Shown in pieces: positions 39,078 to 51,560 of a stretch of DNA of 64,000 nucleotides; position 1 is the first letter of the stretch; every line of letters starts with the position of its first letter. Origin of the DNA: Camelus ferus (Eukaryota); NCBI RefSeq assembly GCF_009834535.1, contig NC_045696.1:86058001-86122000 (forward strand). Direction: 5' to 3'. The notes beneath the pieces are model-generated. The model saw nothing but the letters and a program-made list of their open reading frames with translations. It ran no database searches and was not told the DNA's origin. The position numbers were made by a program, and so were the translations under genes.

Positions 39078-39569
39078 ATATTTTCAAATATTATGTCACA
39101 TTCTTTTTCTGAAACAGAAGTGAATGCTGTCAAATGTTAATTACATGGACTAAAATGGTTATATTGACTGTAGTGTCATTCATATACAATATATATTTGT
39201 AAGTTATAAAATATTTATAGTGATATGATAGTAAAATAGCTGAACATAATTTTCCAGATGAAAAATATAATTACTAAAATACAGTGCTTAAAAACATTTC
39301 ACTATTTATCATTCCTCAGGGAGGCTTCGTAGTATCTTTTCTATATAAATATTAAAGAAACTCAGTGCTGCCACAGAAGTAAGTGCCCCTCCTCCAATTT
39401 AATAGCCAGTCTTATATATTACTAGTTAGAAAAGAAGGTCCACCTATGTTTACTTGTCCCATGGCTTTGCCTATGCCTCTCAAAATGATTGTAGGTATTA
39501 TAAAAGATCAGGATATTAGAACAAGATTGTCCCATACTTAAAAAAATTTGTTACTAAATACCCTAAGAG

Positions 39570-41400
39570 AATACCCTTTTTTTCACTGTCCCTTAAAGTT
39601 ATAAATCTTGTCATGTTTCTGAAATATAGATGCAGCCCACATCGCCTGAGACTGCAGCTTTGGCTCAATCAGCAGAACCTTAAAAAAATAAATAAATAAA
39701 AGGAAAAGAGGCCTTTTTACACACAAGCTGCTAAAAAGACTTGCCCAAACAGCCTCCTTAGAATTGCTTGTCAAGGGCAAAGACTGATCTTAAAAGTCTT
39801 TTCTGCAAATGATAAAAGACTTTAGCCATCTGAGAGAGTAATCTAATCTGTTCCAACTGTTATTTATAAACTAGTAAGTTTTATATTGCACCTGATTCAA
39901 GACTAAAATTTTAAAATAAAAGCTATGAGATCTCTAGTTCTGTCTATTTATCTATATGTCCATATGTGTATATTACATGTGGGAAAATATTCAGTATTAA
40001 AGCTAATTTAAGTCTGTTGGCTTAATTAACATACAGATGTCTTCAGAATTATTAACATTAAATATAATGTATCATACCTAGATTTACTGAAAGTCAGTAA
40101 GCTCATGTTATCTCTTATAAAATTTGTCAACAACAAAAAATAACTTGGTATAATAATGTTTTTATAAGTAACAAAATAGATAAAAATAGGATAAGAGTTT
40201 TTAGGTAAAGTCTTTGAAAATAATTGTTTTATGGTATGTCTATCTAAAAGTGGTTTCTTCAAATCTTTTGATAAAACTTAGTTTTGCTAAGTTAAATTAA
40301 ATAATGAGAATTCATTGAATGTCAAGATCATTTCCAATAAAATAAAATACTGGAGCATTAATTGCTAATCAAGTCTAATAAGAAAAGGTATATGGTATGG
40401 AGATGCTTTTGTTAAGGGAAAGAATGATTTTCTCCTAAAGCTGGTTATCTCTAAATGGAAAATAAAACAAGGGACAAACTAAAATGAACACAGAAAGTTG
40501 AAAAAGTTTTGTAAAAAAAAATAGTTGGGGGAGAATCTTTAGAAAGGAATTTTATAAGTGGTCAGGACTGGATAAGATTAAAATGAGTTTAATGAAGTAA
40601 ATTAATTTTAATATTAAAAAACATAATAAACTGATAAAATTAGAATTTGGATTTCTCTCTGTTAAAAGGACATTTTTTCCCTATTGATCTGCTGTAGATA
40701 GTGAAAGATTATAAAGGATTTTTCTTTGCCTTTGAATAGTCTTCCTAAAAAGAAGAAAGAGAAAAAAAAAAAGATCATGTGTCTTGTCAAAGTGGTCACT
40801 TTTGTTCTGTGCTGTCTCTATTGAGTCTCTGATTACTTATGTAAACCTAGTTCTCTCAGGATGAAAATACTAAGAGCTGGGTTTTACTTAGAACTGTATA
40901 ACCATCTATATTTGAAATTTTTCACTGTTATTTTGGTTAGATGAATAAACATTTTTCACAGTGACCTGTTTGACTAAATGTTTTAAAATCTTTTTGCTAT
41001 TATTGATGGACATCCCCAAAATCAAGTTCTAGGTAAAGTCTTTCTGACTTTAACTTTCAGATATGTTCTCTCTCCTTATAAAAGGAGAGATGTTAGATAT
41101 ATTTGATTTGTTAAATTATATGGGAAGTTTTATCAAATAAGAAGTAATATTAAGCCTTCTTTATGTTGTGTCTGCATAGGTGTGTATTATAAGTGTTCCA
41201 GAAATTGTATGAAATTCCTGGAAATTTTACGCCTTGACATAAAATGTTATCTATCATCAAAATTGAGGCTCACACTAAAGGGACCAGTCCCGAGTATCAG
41301 AGACAAGCCCTAGTGGACTTCCTTGCAAAGGCAAAACAACAGAATCTATAAAGATTGTCATAAACTTCACTTGAATAGTGCCATATAAATTTCATCTTCT
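39570..41400 (+). mobile_element. ERV1 (MER4-group-like) internal sequence with an RNase H remnant
   Basis: AT-rich internal motifs (gactaaaattttaaaataaaagctatgagatctct; gtgttccagaaattgtatgaaattcct). 41253-41333 translates to IIKIEAHTKGTSPEYQRQALVDFLAKA, the retroviral RNase H C-terminal H..G....N..AD..AK motif. Confidence 0.8.
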
Positions 41401-41439
41401 AGAAGGCTAAAATTTAAACGTAAAGAAGAATAAAGTTGG

Positions 41440-42595
41440 GGGTTATGCTCTGTTGATAACTGGGGAAAAAAGGAAGTCCAGGCATAGGGGACAGCAAGTG
41501 CCACAGGCTCTGAGTTGGGTGCATGTTTAATGTGTTCAGGAAACACTAGGAAGACAAATGTAGATGAATAGAAATTAGCACGTGGAAGAGCATAAGGAAT
41601 GACAGAGAAACCAACGTGGATTGATTAAAAGAGTTTTAAAGTACTATACTGGGGCTCTGTGGAGCACAGGTTGGTGGGGTCAAGGCAGACTAGACAAGAA
41701 GCTATTTCAGTGATCCAGAGATCCATGATGTAGGTGGTAAGAATCTTCAGGCTCTGCATATTTTGGAATACAGAAGCAAGAGAAATTTGTGAAGACTAAA
41801 TTAATAAAACAATAAAAAAGAAGCATTTGTCATGACTTACACAATGTAAAACACCAAAAGTAATTCCTAGTGTAAACAGTAGAATTCAAGTGCTAATGAT
41901 GGGTCAGAATAAGTTTGTCAATTATAACAAATGTACCACCCTGGTGCAGGTTGTTGGTAGTAGGGGAGATGGTGTGTGTGTGGAGAAAGGGTGTATATGG
42001 AAGATCTTTGTAATTTCTGCCCTATTTGCTTTGAACCTAAAACTACACTGAATAATAAAATCTGTTAATAAAATAAAAGAAGGTTAACATTCATCTAAAG
42101 CAATTAGAAGAAAGCATTGCCATTTATGAAGATGGAGAAACTGGGAGGAGAAGCTTGCTACTAGGATGAGAATCCTGAGTTTAATTTTGGACACACTAAA
42201 TGTGATATGCCTGTTAGATTTACAAGTGAAAATATGAAATAAGTACTTAGAAGTATGACTCAAAAGTTCAGGAGCAAGATCTAGGCTGGAAATAAAAATT
42301 TAGAAAATGTAAGTGTATTGATTGTTTTTAAATGTATGGGGATGTGATTACTTAAGGAGTGAGTGGAAATAGAAACTGCAATATTTCAAGTTCAGGAAGG
42401 TGAGGAGAAACCACTAAAAGGAAATGGAAAAGGAGCTTCCAGTGAGGAAAGGGGAGAACCAAGAATGGCAAGACACCAAAGCTGATCCTTGGATTTGGCC
42501 ATTTGAAAGTCACTGGTGTCATAGACAAGGGAATTTTTTTTTTAAGTAGTGGGAATGAAAGTCTAATTGATTTGGATTCAAGGAAGAATAAGAGA
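41440..42595 (-). mobile_element. L2a-type LINE, interrupted by an L1MC fragment
   Basis: ccaggcataggggacagcaagtgccacaggctctgag; gagtttaattttggacacactaaatgtgatatgcctgttaga; caggagcaagatctaggctggaaata; ttggatttggccatttgaaagtcactgg. Confidence 0.85.
41835..42080 (+). mobile_element. L1MC1/L1MC2-type 3' end
   Basis: aattataacaaatgtaccaccctggtgcagg...gggtgtatatggaagatct...tgaacctaaaactac plus an A-rich tail. Confidence 0.85.
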
Positions 42596-43119
42596 AAGAC
42601 TTTGGGTTTCTACAGGACAAACTGGCTAAATCCATTTATTTCAGCATATCCTCCAAAGGCATGTATATCAACTAGGAAAATTAACTATACAACCTAAAAT
42701 CTACAATTAATAGTATGATTCAGCATAAATTAAAGGCAAAGAATGCAACAAACTAAAACTTAATGTGGAAAATGGAGAAATAAATTTCTAAAACCAGGAG
42801 AACTGAGATTTTATTAATGCACAGCTTATAGTCACACTTCCATGATGATATCCAATTTAGGGAATGAGAAAGATTAATAATCTTTTAAAAACTAAAACTG
42901 TAATATATACACACCACAGGCAAAAAATTAAAATAGCTCCTTCATCATATAGAAAAGGAAACCAGTGCTTTATAACTCTTACATAACTTACCTAATCAAA
43001 ATCGTACACTAAAACAAAATATTCTTTGTAACTTTATAATAAAATATTAGCAAAAAGCAATCCGCATGTTGCCAAAGAAATGAAATTTCAAAACCAACAA
43101 TTAGGAACCATGTTAGTTG

Positions 43120-43290
43120 CGTGTGAGGGGGGAACACCTGAATTTGAAATTGTAAGTCTCTACTCCCTTGATAGCAAATCATTCATCTTCTTACTCAACA
43201 TGCACAGGTGTTACAATAATTAGGTAAAAGAATGTGTGGCAGAGTGCTTTAAAAATTACAAAGTCCCAATTATAGATATCAGTTATTACT
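43120..43290 (+). mobile_element. MIR SINE fragment
   Basis: cacaggtgttacaataattaggtaaaagaatgtgtggcagagtgctttaaaaattacaaag...ttattact. Confidence 0.5.
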
Positions 43291-44607
43291 AATTTTTGTG
43301 TAATAATATACATGATTTCATGCACCAAATACATCACAAGTCAGATATATAAAAAGATGCACGTGACACAAAGCTGCAGAGTATAACATCTACATACTCA
43401 GGTCTTATTAAATAAAATCTTGAACACAATTATATTTCTTTATACTTTATGTATATATTAGTTAATGTATATCACTGTTAATGCAACTAACAATCATATT
43501 GTTTGATTATTTTTTCTCAAAAATTAGAATTAGTGCTGAACTCATATAAAACACAAATAGTTTAGCCAGAGGGGGTTTGTCACCTGGTAGCAAAGAAACA
43601 ATGCATTGTAGACTCCATCTCAAATTAGTTTTATTGATAAAGTTCATGTATTTCAATGCTACTTCCACCCCAAGAGTGGTTATGGTAATAAAAGAGGCTT
43701 AGAGATGTGTTCTAAAGGTGAAATTTAGATAGGTTGTGAATTATAGTACTCCAATATTGTTAAACTGGGAAGAAAAAAGCATATGTATTCCCCAAACTCT
43801 GTCCAAATTGATAGCTTTGGGGAGAGGAAGGTGGCACAAATTCTACCTGTGGGATAAAATTCATGTGAAAAAGAAGCAGATCCTTCAACACCAATAGTTA
43901 CTCCTTTTCAGCACATCACCATTTATATCATATGCTCTCTAATCCTTACCTACACTTCCCTTTCCTTGACAAAATCAAATCCCCTACAGAGTCTCTCAGA
44001 AACAGTTAAATTTCAGTTGCCTGAGGATTAGTATTGATTTGATTTTATAAGAACTCCCCATTTCTGCCCTTCATGCAAAATGAATTATTTCTCTATCAAT
44101 GTGTTGGTGACTGCAGTTCTTTTTCTGTGACACAAAACTTTTTATTTATTTTATTCTTGGAGATAAAAGGCATACATGTATGTGTTCACTCATGGATGCT
44201 CCCTTCTCTTAAAGAGTATTTTTTAGAATGTCAAGTGTAAAAGACTGACAAGAGGATTTTATTTTGTTTTGATTCTATTTTAATAGGGAAAATCTTTAAA
44301 AAGAAGATAAATATCATTCTGGATCTGGACAGAGAAAGAGTTTGCTGCCTGAGGCAAGAACATGCAATGAAAAGGTTTCAGAAAAAGTAGTTTCAGAGTA
44401 AGTGATTTTCACAGATTTCAACATTTTTTAAAAGTCTATTTTATATTCACCTAAGAGGAAACAAAGACAAGTTACATGGGTAGGTCCAAGCCTCAAAGCT
44501 CATGATTTATGACGTTATTTTTATTTCCATCAGACAGAGTTGAATTCTTTAAAAAATAATTTTATTCCTAGAATAGTCATTAGTCCAGATATCAAGGTAT
44601 AGGAGAC

Positions 44608-44769
44608 AGTACTCAAACTCTAATGTCCTAGAAATAGCCCAGAAGTCTCATTTAAAAGTACTGAGTTTCTTATCCTATTTTCAAAGATTCAGTAAGTCAG
44701 AGAGGGAGAAAAGTAGCCCAGATGCCTCTGATACATGGTCCATAGAGACCCGCACGTTGAAAAACACTG
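44608..44769. mobile_element. hAT-Charlie MITE (MER5-like)
   Basis: cagtactcaaactctaatg...tctgatacatggtccatagagacccgcacgttgaaaaacactg, with MER5-type termini. Confidence 0.7.
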
Positions 44770-44879
44770 TTGATAAGCATTGTTTAACAGTGACCATGTG
44801 GAAGTCATTGCTCTGGGGTAGGCACTGAGAACAGTCCTTCCACAATGTTCTCTGCCACAAGCCTCATTAATAATAACTA

Positions 44880-44985
44880 ACATTTTTTTCTTGGTGTAAC
44901 ATCTTCTTAAAACCTCACAACCATCATGTGGTAAGTCATTATCTTTATCATTATTTTCAATTTGAGGGAAACAGGACAGTTTAAG
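44880..44985 (-). mobile_element. MIR SINE fragment
   Basis: aaacctcacaaccatcatgtggtaag...attttcaatttgagggaaacagg. Confidence 0.6.
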
Positions 44986-44994
44986 TATGGTACT

Positions 44995-45342
44995 CTTATT
45001 CATATTCATTCAATAAGTAATAATAAAGTGTCTCTTATGTGCCAGACATTTTTCTGAATGGTCAGCAAACTGGTGAATAAAACAAATCAAATCCTTGTTC
45101 TTATGGTGGATCAGAATTGTAGAGAGAGAAAATCAAATATGAAAAACAAAATGCAAGCATTAGATAATTTCAGTGGCTTGCAGAAAACACCAAAGACGTT
45201 ATAATATAAATTAGATGTTCAGAGAAGGCCTAACTGAGAGGATATTTTTGAGTGGTAACTGAAAAAAAGGACACTGGCCTTGAAAAGAAGCTAACAGATA
45301 ATTCCAGACAGAGGAAACAGCAAGTGAAAAAGGCTCAAGGCA
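44995..45342 (-). mobile_element. L2a 3' end
   Basis: ttcattcaataag...tatgtgccagaca...gtgaataaaaca...cagagaaggcctaactgag...ttccagacagaggaaacagcaagtgaaaaaggc. Confidence 0.85.
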
Positions 45343-46799
45343 TTTATGTTAAAGGCTTCAGTTGTAACTCTTCAAGGTGGAGTTTTTTAAATAGCTGTCT
45401 ATTTTATGTTTGTTCTTTCCTCAAATAGGCATGTACACCCGGAGGGATATGTCTTGAGTTTGTAACAGACAAGGGCTCTCATACTAATTGTCAAGTAACA
45501 CAAAAATATTTTCCCTTGGTGAGCTGATACAACTGCACTTTCATCAGACGAGAGTGAGGCTGTAGGTCACAGATGTGTGTGGCTTTAGCAATTACTCACT
45601 CGCTTGTACAGTGATACACGTTAAGGAAGTATGGACAAAAGGAAGAAAAGTGAATGCTATCAACATGGAAAAGCTGAGTAAATTCAACAACTAGGGAGTT
45701 CTGGGTAAACATACTCCACCAGCAAAGATTAGGGGAAAAATGTACTGACTAGAATTTTGAACCAGGTCCTTTGACCAATGCTCATTCACATGGCGTATAG
45801 TCATAGAAAACCTTTAGCTAAATTTATATAGTGTCTGGAATCCATGGAAGTCTTGATATATGAACTGTTATCCCTTTGAAATAAAAGAGTTAAATATCAA
45901 ATTATACACTTTAGTTAAAAAAAAGATGCTCGTTGCTTCATTGTGTGACAAAAAGTGATTTGTTCAAAAGTCTTTCAAATGTAGATACTAGTTAGTAACT
46001 ATCTACTAATTAAGAGGAAGTTAAGTGCACCTTTCTAAGATTTTTTTGTCCCCTACTTTATGTACTGTCTAATATGTAAAGCTAGAGCCAGTTTCAAGGG
46101 AGGAAATATTTATTGCTATTTTGGAAAATTAGAAACAATGCAAAACTGCCTTGGAGTATCACGGATTCTTATTGCTTCTACTTAAAGACTTAAGAATATA
46201 AAAATGCTCTGAGATGTTAATAGCTTATGGTTTCTTCATAAGTAGAATAATTTTAATTAATCTGAAGTTTTGACTGAACTAGTAATAACTTAATCTTCTC
46301 CTTAAAAATGAAAATATTACAAGCATCATATTTTCCAAATAAAAAGTCATCTGAATCCTGCAGAAATCCTACCTTTTATCCTGCTTAGAAATTCAAAAAA
46401 TAAAATAAAAAAAGAGAGATGAGTCATAGAGCCAAATGCTGCAAAGTATTTCAGGGCTTCTTGCTCTACTCTTACCTCAAGACTCTCAATATCCTAAACT
46501 GATGTCATTTAACCTTCTCCTACAGGTGTAGGGCTCAATCTGATGACTAGCAAGGGATGCCATAGATCAGAGCAGTTCCAGACCCAGCCTCAAATCTGCC
46601 CTATTGCCTTCAAGGACGTGCACTTCTCATTTTTTGCCTTATTCTTCACAACCGCTTTATCACTTATATTTCTGTAATGGAGAATCTTTGCTATACAATT
46701 ATCAGGTTTTTTTTTTTTTTTTAATTCGACTTTATTTTCTGACCTAGGGTTCTGCCCTGGAACCTGGTCCCCAAGGCAGCCTCCCCTACTTTAGCCACA

Positions 46800-47690
46800 T
46801 CTGTGCGTCTCCCTCTGCCATCATCCAAGTTTCAGCATCCATCTGCCAATGCCTTGGGATCCTGCCCACTTTCAGATTACCTGATACAGAGGCAAGGTTT
46901 CATTCTAGGTGAATTTTGTCTAAGAAAGTTCTTCTCACACCTGACTGAATGGTGTGAGCTAGATATGATTTAGAGTCCACCAATAAGATACATTCATGTG
47001 AAACTTAAATTTAGAACTAAGTGGGAAGAGGCAAGGTGGATTTTAGCCAAGGTGAACAGGCTCTGAGGCCAACAGCTGTACTGAAAGTTTTCCAGTTGGG
47101 AGGGAGCAGTGAGTAGTTCAGTAGACTATGGGCAGCTTGGCCCATTTATGCAACGTGGCTTTGTGAAACATTCTTGGAAGCTCAGCATGGAGCCCATTCA
47201 CCCTTCCCTATGATTCTGTGAGCTGTTTAATATCCTATGACTGAAGTTTCCAAAATTTCTTGGTTCAAAGTGCCCTTAAGTGTCTCAGTAAGTCCCACCC
47301 CCCCAAATGGTATCAGAATTTAAACTCTAAAATCCATGTTCATAAGTGTAATCTTTAACATATATATTACATTCCATTTGTTAAATAGGTCAAAACAGCT
47401 TAATAGTGGTAGTTTCCACAGTGTCCAAAACATATCACTGTGCTTGGCTCAAAAATTTAAACCACTGCTTGGCATCTCTGTGAATTGGCTACCCTCACAG
47501 TAGCACCACAGGGTGCTTTGGCCAGAGTTTGGGAACTGTGGCCCAATGGTAAATTACATTTTGTTCAGACTAGCATAGAGTCTGTTTATTCAAACTTTTC
47601 AATGTCTCTAAAAACTTTTTAGCATAAATAATTTCTGTTCAACCTAGTTAAAACAGATTCGGTATTTGCATCTGAATCCAGACTGATACA
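46800..47690 (+). mobile_element. Ancient ERVL/MaLR-type LTR (LTR67B/MLT1N-like), split by Charlie18a
   Basis: gattctgtgagctgtttaatatcct before the insert. After it, taaattacattttg...gattcggtatttgcatctgaatccagactgataca (typical ...gactgataca end). Confidence 0.5.
47241..47541. mobile_element. hAT-Charlie element (Charlie18a-like)
   Basis: gtttccaaaatttcttggttcaaagtgcccttaagtgtctcagtaa...gcaccacagggtgctttggccagagtttgggaactg, with inverted termini. Confidence 0.7.
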
Positions 47691-47694
47691 GGCT

Positions 47695-47990
47695 AATCCT
47701 ACCATCACATCCTTGAAACAGATGAGAAAGGTACAATTTTGAGAAGACAGAATCTTTCACAAATAGCTTCTAGGTGGCAGAACTGGAATTCTAAGGCAGG
47801 TAATACTCCTTCCTCCAGGACCAACAGCAGTTATCACAATTCTATTCTACGTCTAACTACTTGGGTGGAAAATGAGTCTCAGTGAAGTTCATTAACAAAG
47901 TTGAAATCACTCACCTTCATAGTGGTGGTGATGGGTTTTGAAGCCAGGTGTGTCTTAATTATGAGATTTATCTGTTTATAATATTCTACA
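47695..47990 (-). mobile_element. Two tandem MIR fragments
   Basis: acagatgagaaag...ggtggcagaactggaattc, and gaaaatgagtctcagtgaagtt...gatgggttttgaagccaggtgtgtc. Confidence 0.65.
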
Positions 47991-48371
47991 CTTGCTATTA
48001 ATTAGTCGGTAATAAGGAGCATTTTTTTCAATTTGGTAGTCATTAATGTGCAAACATCCCCACATGCCTATTACTTCAAGGATATTATACTTAAATTACA
48101 TGTCTTCTTTGTAATAGTTTTCAAGCTTTGTTTCAACCCCATCCTGAGAAGGTGTTGCTGGGTTTTCCATAATTCACATCAAAGTGACCACTCAGTTGCA
48201 TATGAAAAAGACATAGAGCTCTGCCTTCACTTTGTGTATTTAATACCATGAACTCAAATAATCAGATTTCAGCTTTCTGCTAGGAATATTCTTGGATGTA
48301 AAACGCCATTTGTTTTGAATAAACGTGCAATCTAAAGCATGAACATTTGCCCATGTTTTGGAATTCTCTAA

Positions 48372-48815
48372 GTTTTATTATAAGGATTGGCTCATGCAAT
48401 TATAGAGGCTGCTGCCAAGTCCCAAGATCTTCAGTTGGCAAGCTGGAAACCAAGGAAAGCTGATGGTTTACATCCAGTCTGAAGGCTGGTAGGCTTAAGA
48501 CCCTGAAGAGCCCTTTTTTCAGTTCGAGTCCAAAGACAGGGAAAAAAAAAACATGTTCCAGTACTAAGGTAGTCAGACTGGGGAGGTTCCCTCTTATTCA
48601 GATGAACGTCAGCCTTCTGTTCTATGCAGGCTTTCAACTGATTAGATGAAGCCCACCCACATTAGGGAGAGCCATTGGCTTTAGTCAGTCTATTATTGAT
48701 TTAAATGTTAAACTCATTCAAAGACACCTTCACAGAAACATTCAGCATAATGTTTAAACAAATATCTGGGCACCCCATGGCCCAGTCAAGCTGACATATA
48801 AAATTAACTTGTCAC
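48372..48815 (-). mobile_element. ERVL LTR (MLT2B-like)
   Basis: tttattataaggattggctcatgcaattatagaggct...caactgattagatgaagcccacccacatt...ggcccagtcaagctgacatataaaattaacttgtcaca. Confidence 0.92.
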
Positions 48816-48849
48816 AGTGACTAAGATACATTGAATCACAAACTTGAAA

Positions 48850-49250
48850 TATTTATTTAACAGACTTTTATATTGAAGAGGCATTATTCTAAGACATTTA
48901 TAAATGTTTTCTCAATCGCATAAACATCACAAGTGGTTAATCTTTTAAAGATGAAGAAACTGAAGCACAGTGAAGTTAATTGATTTCCCCAAGGTAACAA
49001 AGCTAGCAAGTTCTAAAGCTATATATAAACCCATACCATAACCCAGAAGCACTAAATTATCTTGCCTTTGCATCTTTCCTTACAAATCTTCCCAAACACC
49101 CCTAGACTTACTTTATCCTTATAATAACAGTCTGAAATAACTATTATTTCATCCATTTTTCAAATGGGGAAACTGATTTTCAGAATCATTATTCAGGGTT
49201 AGGAAATTAGAATATTAGAAAATATAGTTAAGCCAGTACTAAATTGCACC
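48850..49250 (-). mobile_element. Two MIR fragments
   Basis: aagatgaagaaactgaagcacagtgaagttaattgatttccccaaggt, and ccatttttcaaatggggaaactga. Confidence 0.75.
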
Positions 49251-50439
49251 TTTTTTCCCAATCCCTGAATGATTCCCAATTGTGAAATGGAAGCATTGGA
49301 TAAAAACATTTTGGGTGCTGTTATAGTACAAACAACTTAAATGTTATATGCAGTGTACTTAAAAATAATCATGGTAGAATCAGAATTTCTAAAATAATTT
49401 TCTTCTGCCTGCTACTGGGTTATTGAGTTAATATATCATCAGGACACGATTTCTCTAATTATGTAACAGAGCAATTTATCATCACAAATTCACCATCACA
49501 CTGATAATATATTACTCAATAAAATCGCAACAGCTGGCAAGAACATCCATGGAATCAGTCAATCTGTGAGTTTATGTGTTTTATTATTCAATTTACTTAA
49601 TCAAGAATGAGACAGGACAACATATTTGTGAAACCTCCAGAGAAAGTTTAAAATTCCCCAAATTAGCTTTCCTACTTTTGTTTCCCTAATGGAAAATGTG
49701 AAACCAAAATGACATTTATTTGCAAACCTTGAATTTGCTTGCCAGCTTGATAGCAGTCATGAGAAAGTCTCATGACCTATTTTAATATCTCTGGTATATT
49801 TAAATAGTGTCTAGTCCTCTTGATATTCGAATAAATTTGTTTCCATTCAGTAAATAGAAGTGTATAAAAAAAGAGCTTTAAATGATCTTTATACTCCCAG
49901 GTAGTTTTGTTATGTGCAAATAAATATGTATCAACTTGTAACTAAGGGTTTATATCCTATAGGGTTGATTTTCTATATGAGTCTGGTATTGTTCTTATGA
50001 TGTCCAAAGCTGACATTAGATGTGCTGAAATGATACATTTGTATAACAGTAGAAACATATTTTATTTGACTGCTTTGATTTTCAAACATTAAATAAGCTC
50101 TGAAATCCTAGAGACTTCACCTGCAGACCTGCTCTATTTTTGCTCCCATAACAAATACGCTGCTTCTCACAGGCTTTAATAAAATCTCCCTCTAAATAAT
50201 GAATCTGCAAGTTGACCCCACTGAGGGGCATAATCATATGAACTATTTACATTTATCTTATCCATGGGTCTTATCCTCTCTGCCACACAGATGTGGAAAC
50301 TGTCTTTGACTCTTCTCCTTTGCACCATCACCAGCTCAACTGACAGTATAATCTGTACTTTGAGTATATCTTTAGGACCTGATCTTCGCCAAATTTACTG
50401 TACATTTCTGAAGTACTGCAGCCACTGGGCTACTTGAAA

Positions 50440-50795
50440 TTCCACCAGGCTTGGAGTTAAGGCAAGTCTCCGGTGTCCTAGATCTTCCACTCACTAGCAC
50501 ACCCACACACCCCGCCATCCAGATGCTCACTGAATCTTGGTTTCCTCAAATGACATCCTAACCACCATCAACTTCATGGGTTTTATTGAGTTTCAATACC
50601 AAAGATAAATAATATAAGCTATTTACTAAACTGTAACATATAAAACTCAAAAGGATTCTTTGGAAAGAATGTGAGTGTACTGGAAATAATTGACTTTGGC
50701 TCAAACAGAAATGGGCTGAATGCTGAGTCTAAAATAAATGAGTACACTACTCTTCTAGGATCTCTGTAAAAGGGAAGCCATCAGTAGTCACCTTT
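50440..50795 (+). mobile_element. MIR fragments
   Basis: ttggagttaaggcaag...ccactcactagc...cactgaatcttggtttcctc, and gactttggctcaaacagaaatgggctgaatgct...tctgtaaaaggg. Confidence 0.55.
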
Positions 50796-50846
50796 TGCTT
50801 CTCCTAAATGTCCCTACTCCAATCCATCCAACACACCTCTTTCAAG

Positions 50847-51225
50847 TGTGGGGCCACCATAGGAAATGAGCGTCGTAGATCTCCAACTACAGGGAGCTTA
50901 ATTAACCAAGTGCTCAGCTGCTGCACTCTGAAATCCATCGTAGTCAGGCTTCACTTAAATTCTTTCTTAATGACTGAGCATGGCAGGGATACTTAAGGCA
51001 GAACTGTTCTTGGAAAACACAGAACTCCTCTGACCTTGAGACCATGGAAGGACCTAGCTGAACATTCCTTAGACACTAAGGCAATCTATCTCCTTGCCCT
51101 GGGGTCATATTCACATGTTGACTGACAACTTTTCCAGCCTCCCTAGATTTTCTTACCATTTACTCTCCCACATGGTTCCCTTAATAAAATACTTGGACAT
51201 TTAATCTTATCTTGGAATCTGGAAC
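50847..51225 (+). mobile_element. ERVL LTR (LTR16A-like)
   Basis: cagggagcttaattaacc...cagctgctgcactctgaaatccatc...aatgactgagcatggcagggatac...aataaaatacttggacatttaatcttatcttgg. Confidence 0.8.
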
Positions 51226-51271
51226 ACTCCCCCCATAACTGCCTCTGGTTACCCTCTATGGAAAAATCAGT

Positions 51272-51292
51272 AGCAGCAGCAGCAGCAGCAGC
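51272..51292. repeat. (AGC)7 trinucleotide microsatellite
   Basis: Read directly from the sequence. Confidence 0.95.
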
Positions 51293-51369
51293 AAAACCAT
51301 AGTCATTTCTGTTTCTGTGAGTAGCCTCATTATTACCAATAAAATATTGCAGTCATCCCTGATGCATAA

Positions 51370-51560
51370 TAAACCCTCAAATGTACAGTGTTTACATTTT
51401 AGAACTATCAAATGTGATACAATTCTTACCATTTTGCATAAAAGAAAGGGCTCAGAGATATGAAGTAAATAGTCACATGCAATACAAGCTAATAGACAGC
51501 AAATCAGACATGTAACTTTGGTCTGCCTGATTCAGAAGTGAAGCTTCTGAGAGCTGTGAG
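51370..51560 (-). mobile_element. MIR SINE
   Basis: ccattttgcataaaagaaagggctcagagatatgaagtaa...ggtctgcctgattcagaag. Confidence 0.65.

Noticed and set aside
49756..49776. 9-bp perfect hairpin gtcatgaga-aag-tctcatgac (similar ones near 27419-27440 and 7761-7788)
   Set aside because: Stems of this length are expected by chance in 64 kb, and there is no extended pre-miRNA-like pairing.
51272..51292. CAG repeat as a polyglutamine-coding exon
   Set aside because: It has only 6-7 units, sits next to an LTR, and has no surrounding ORF or splice context.
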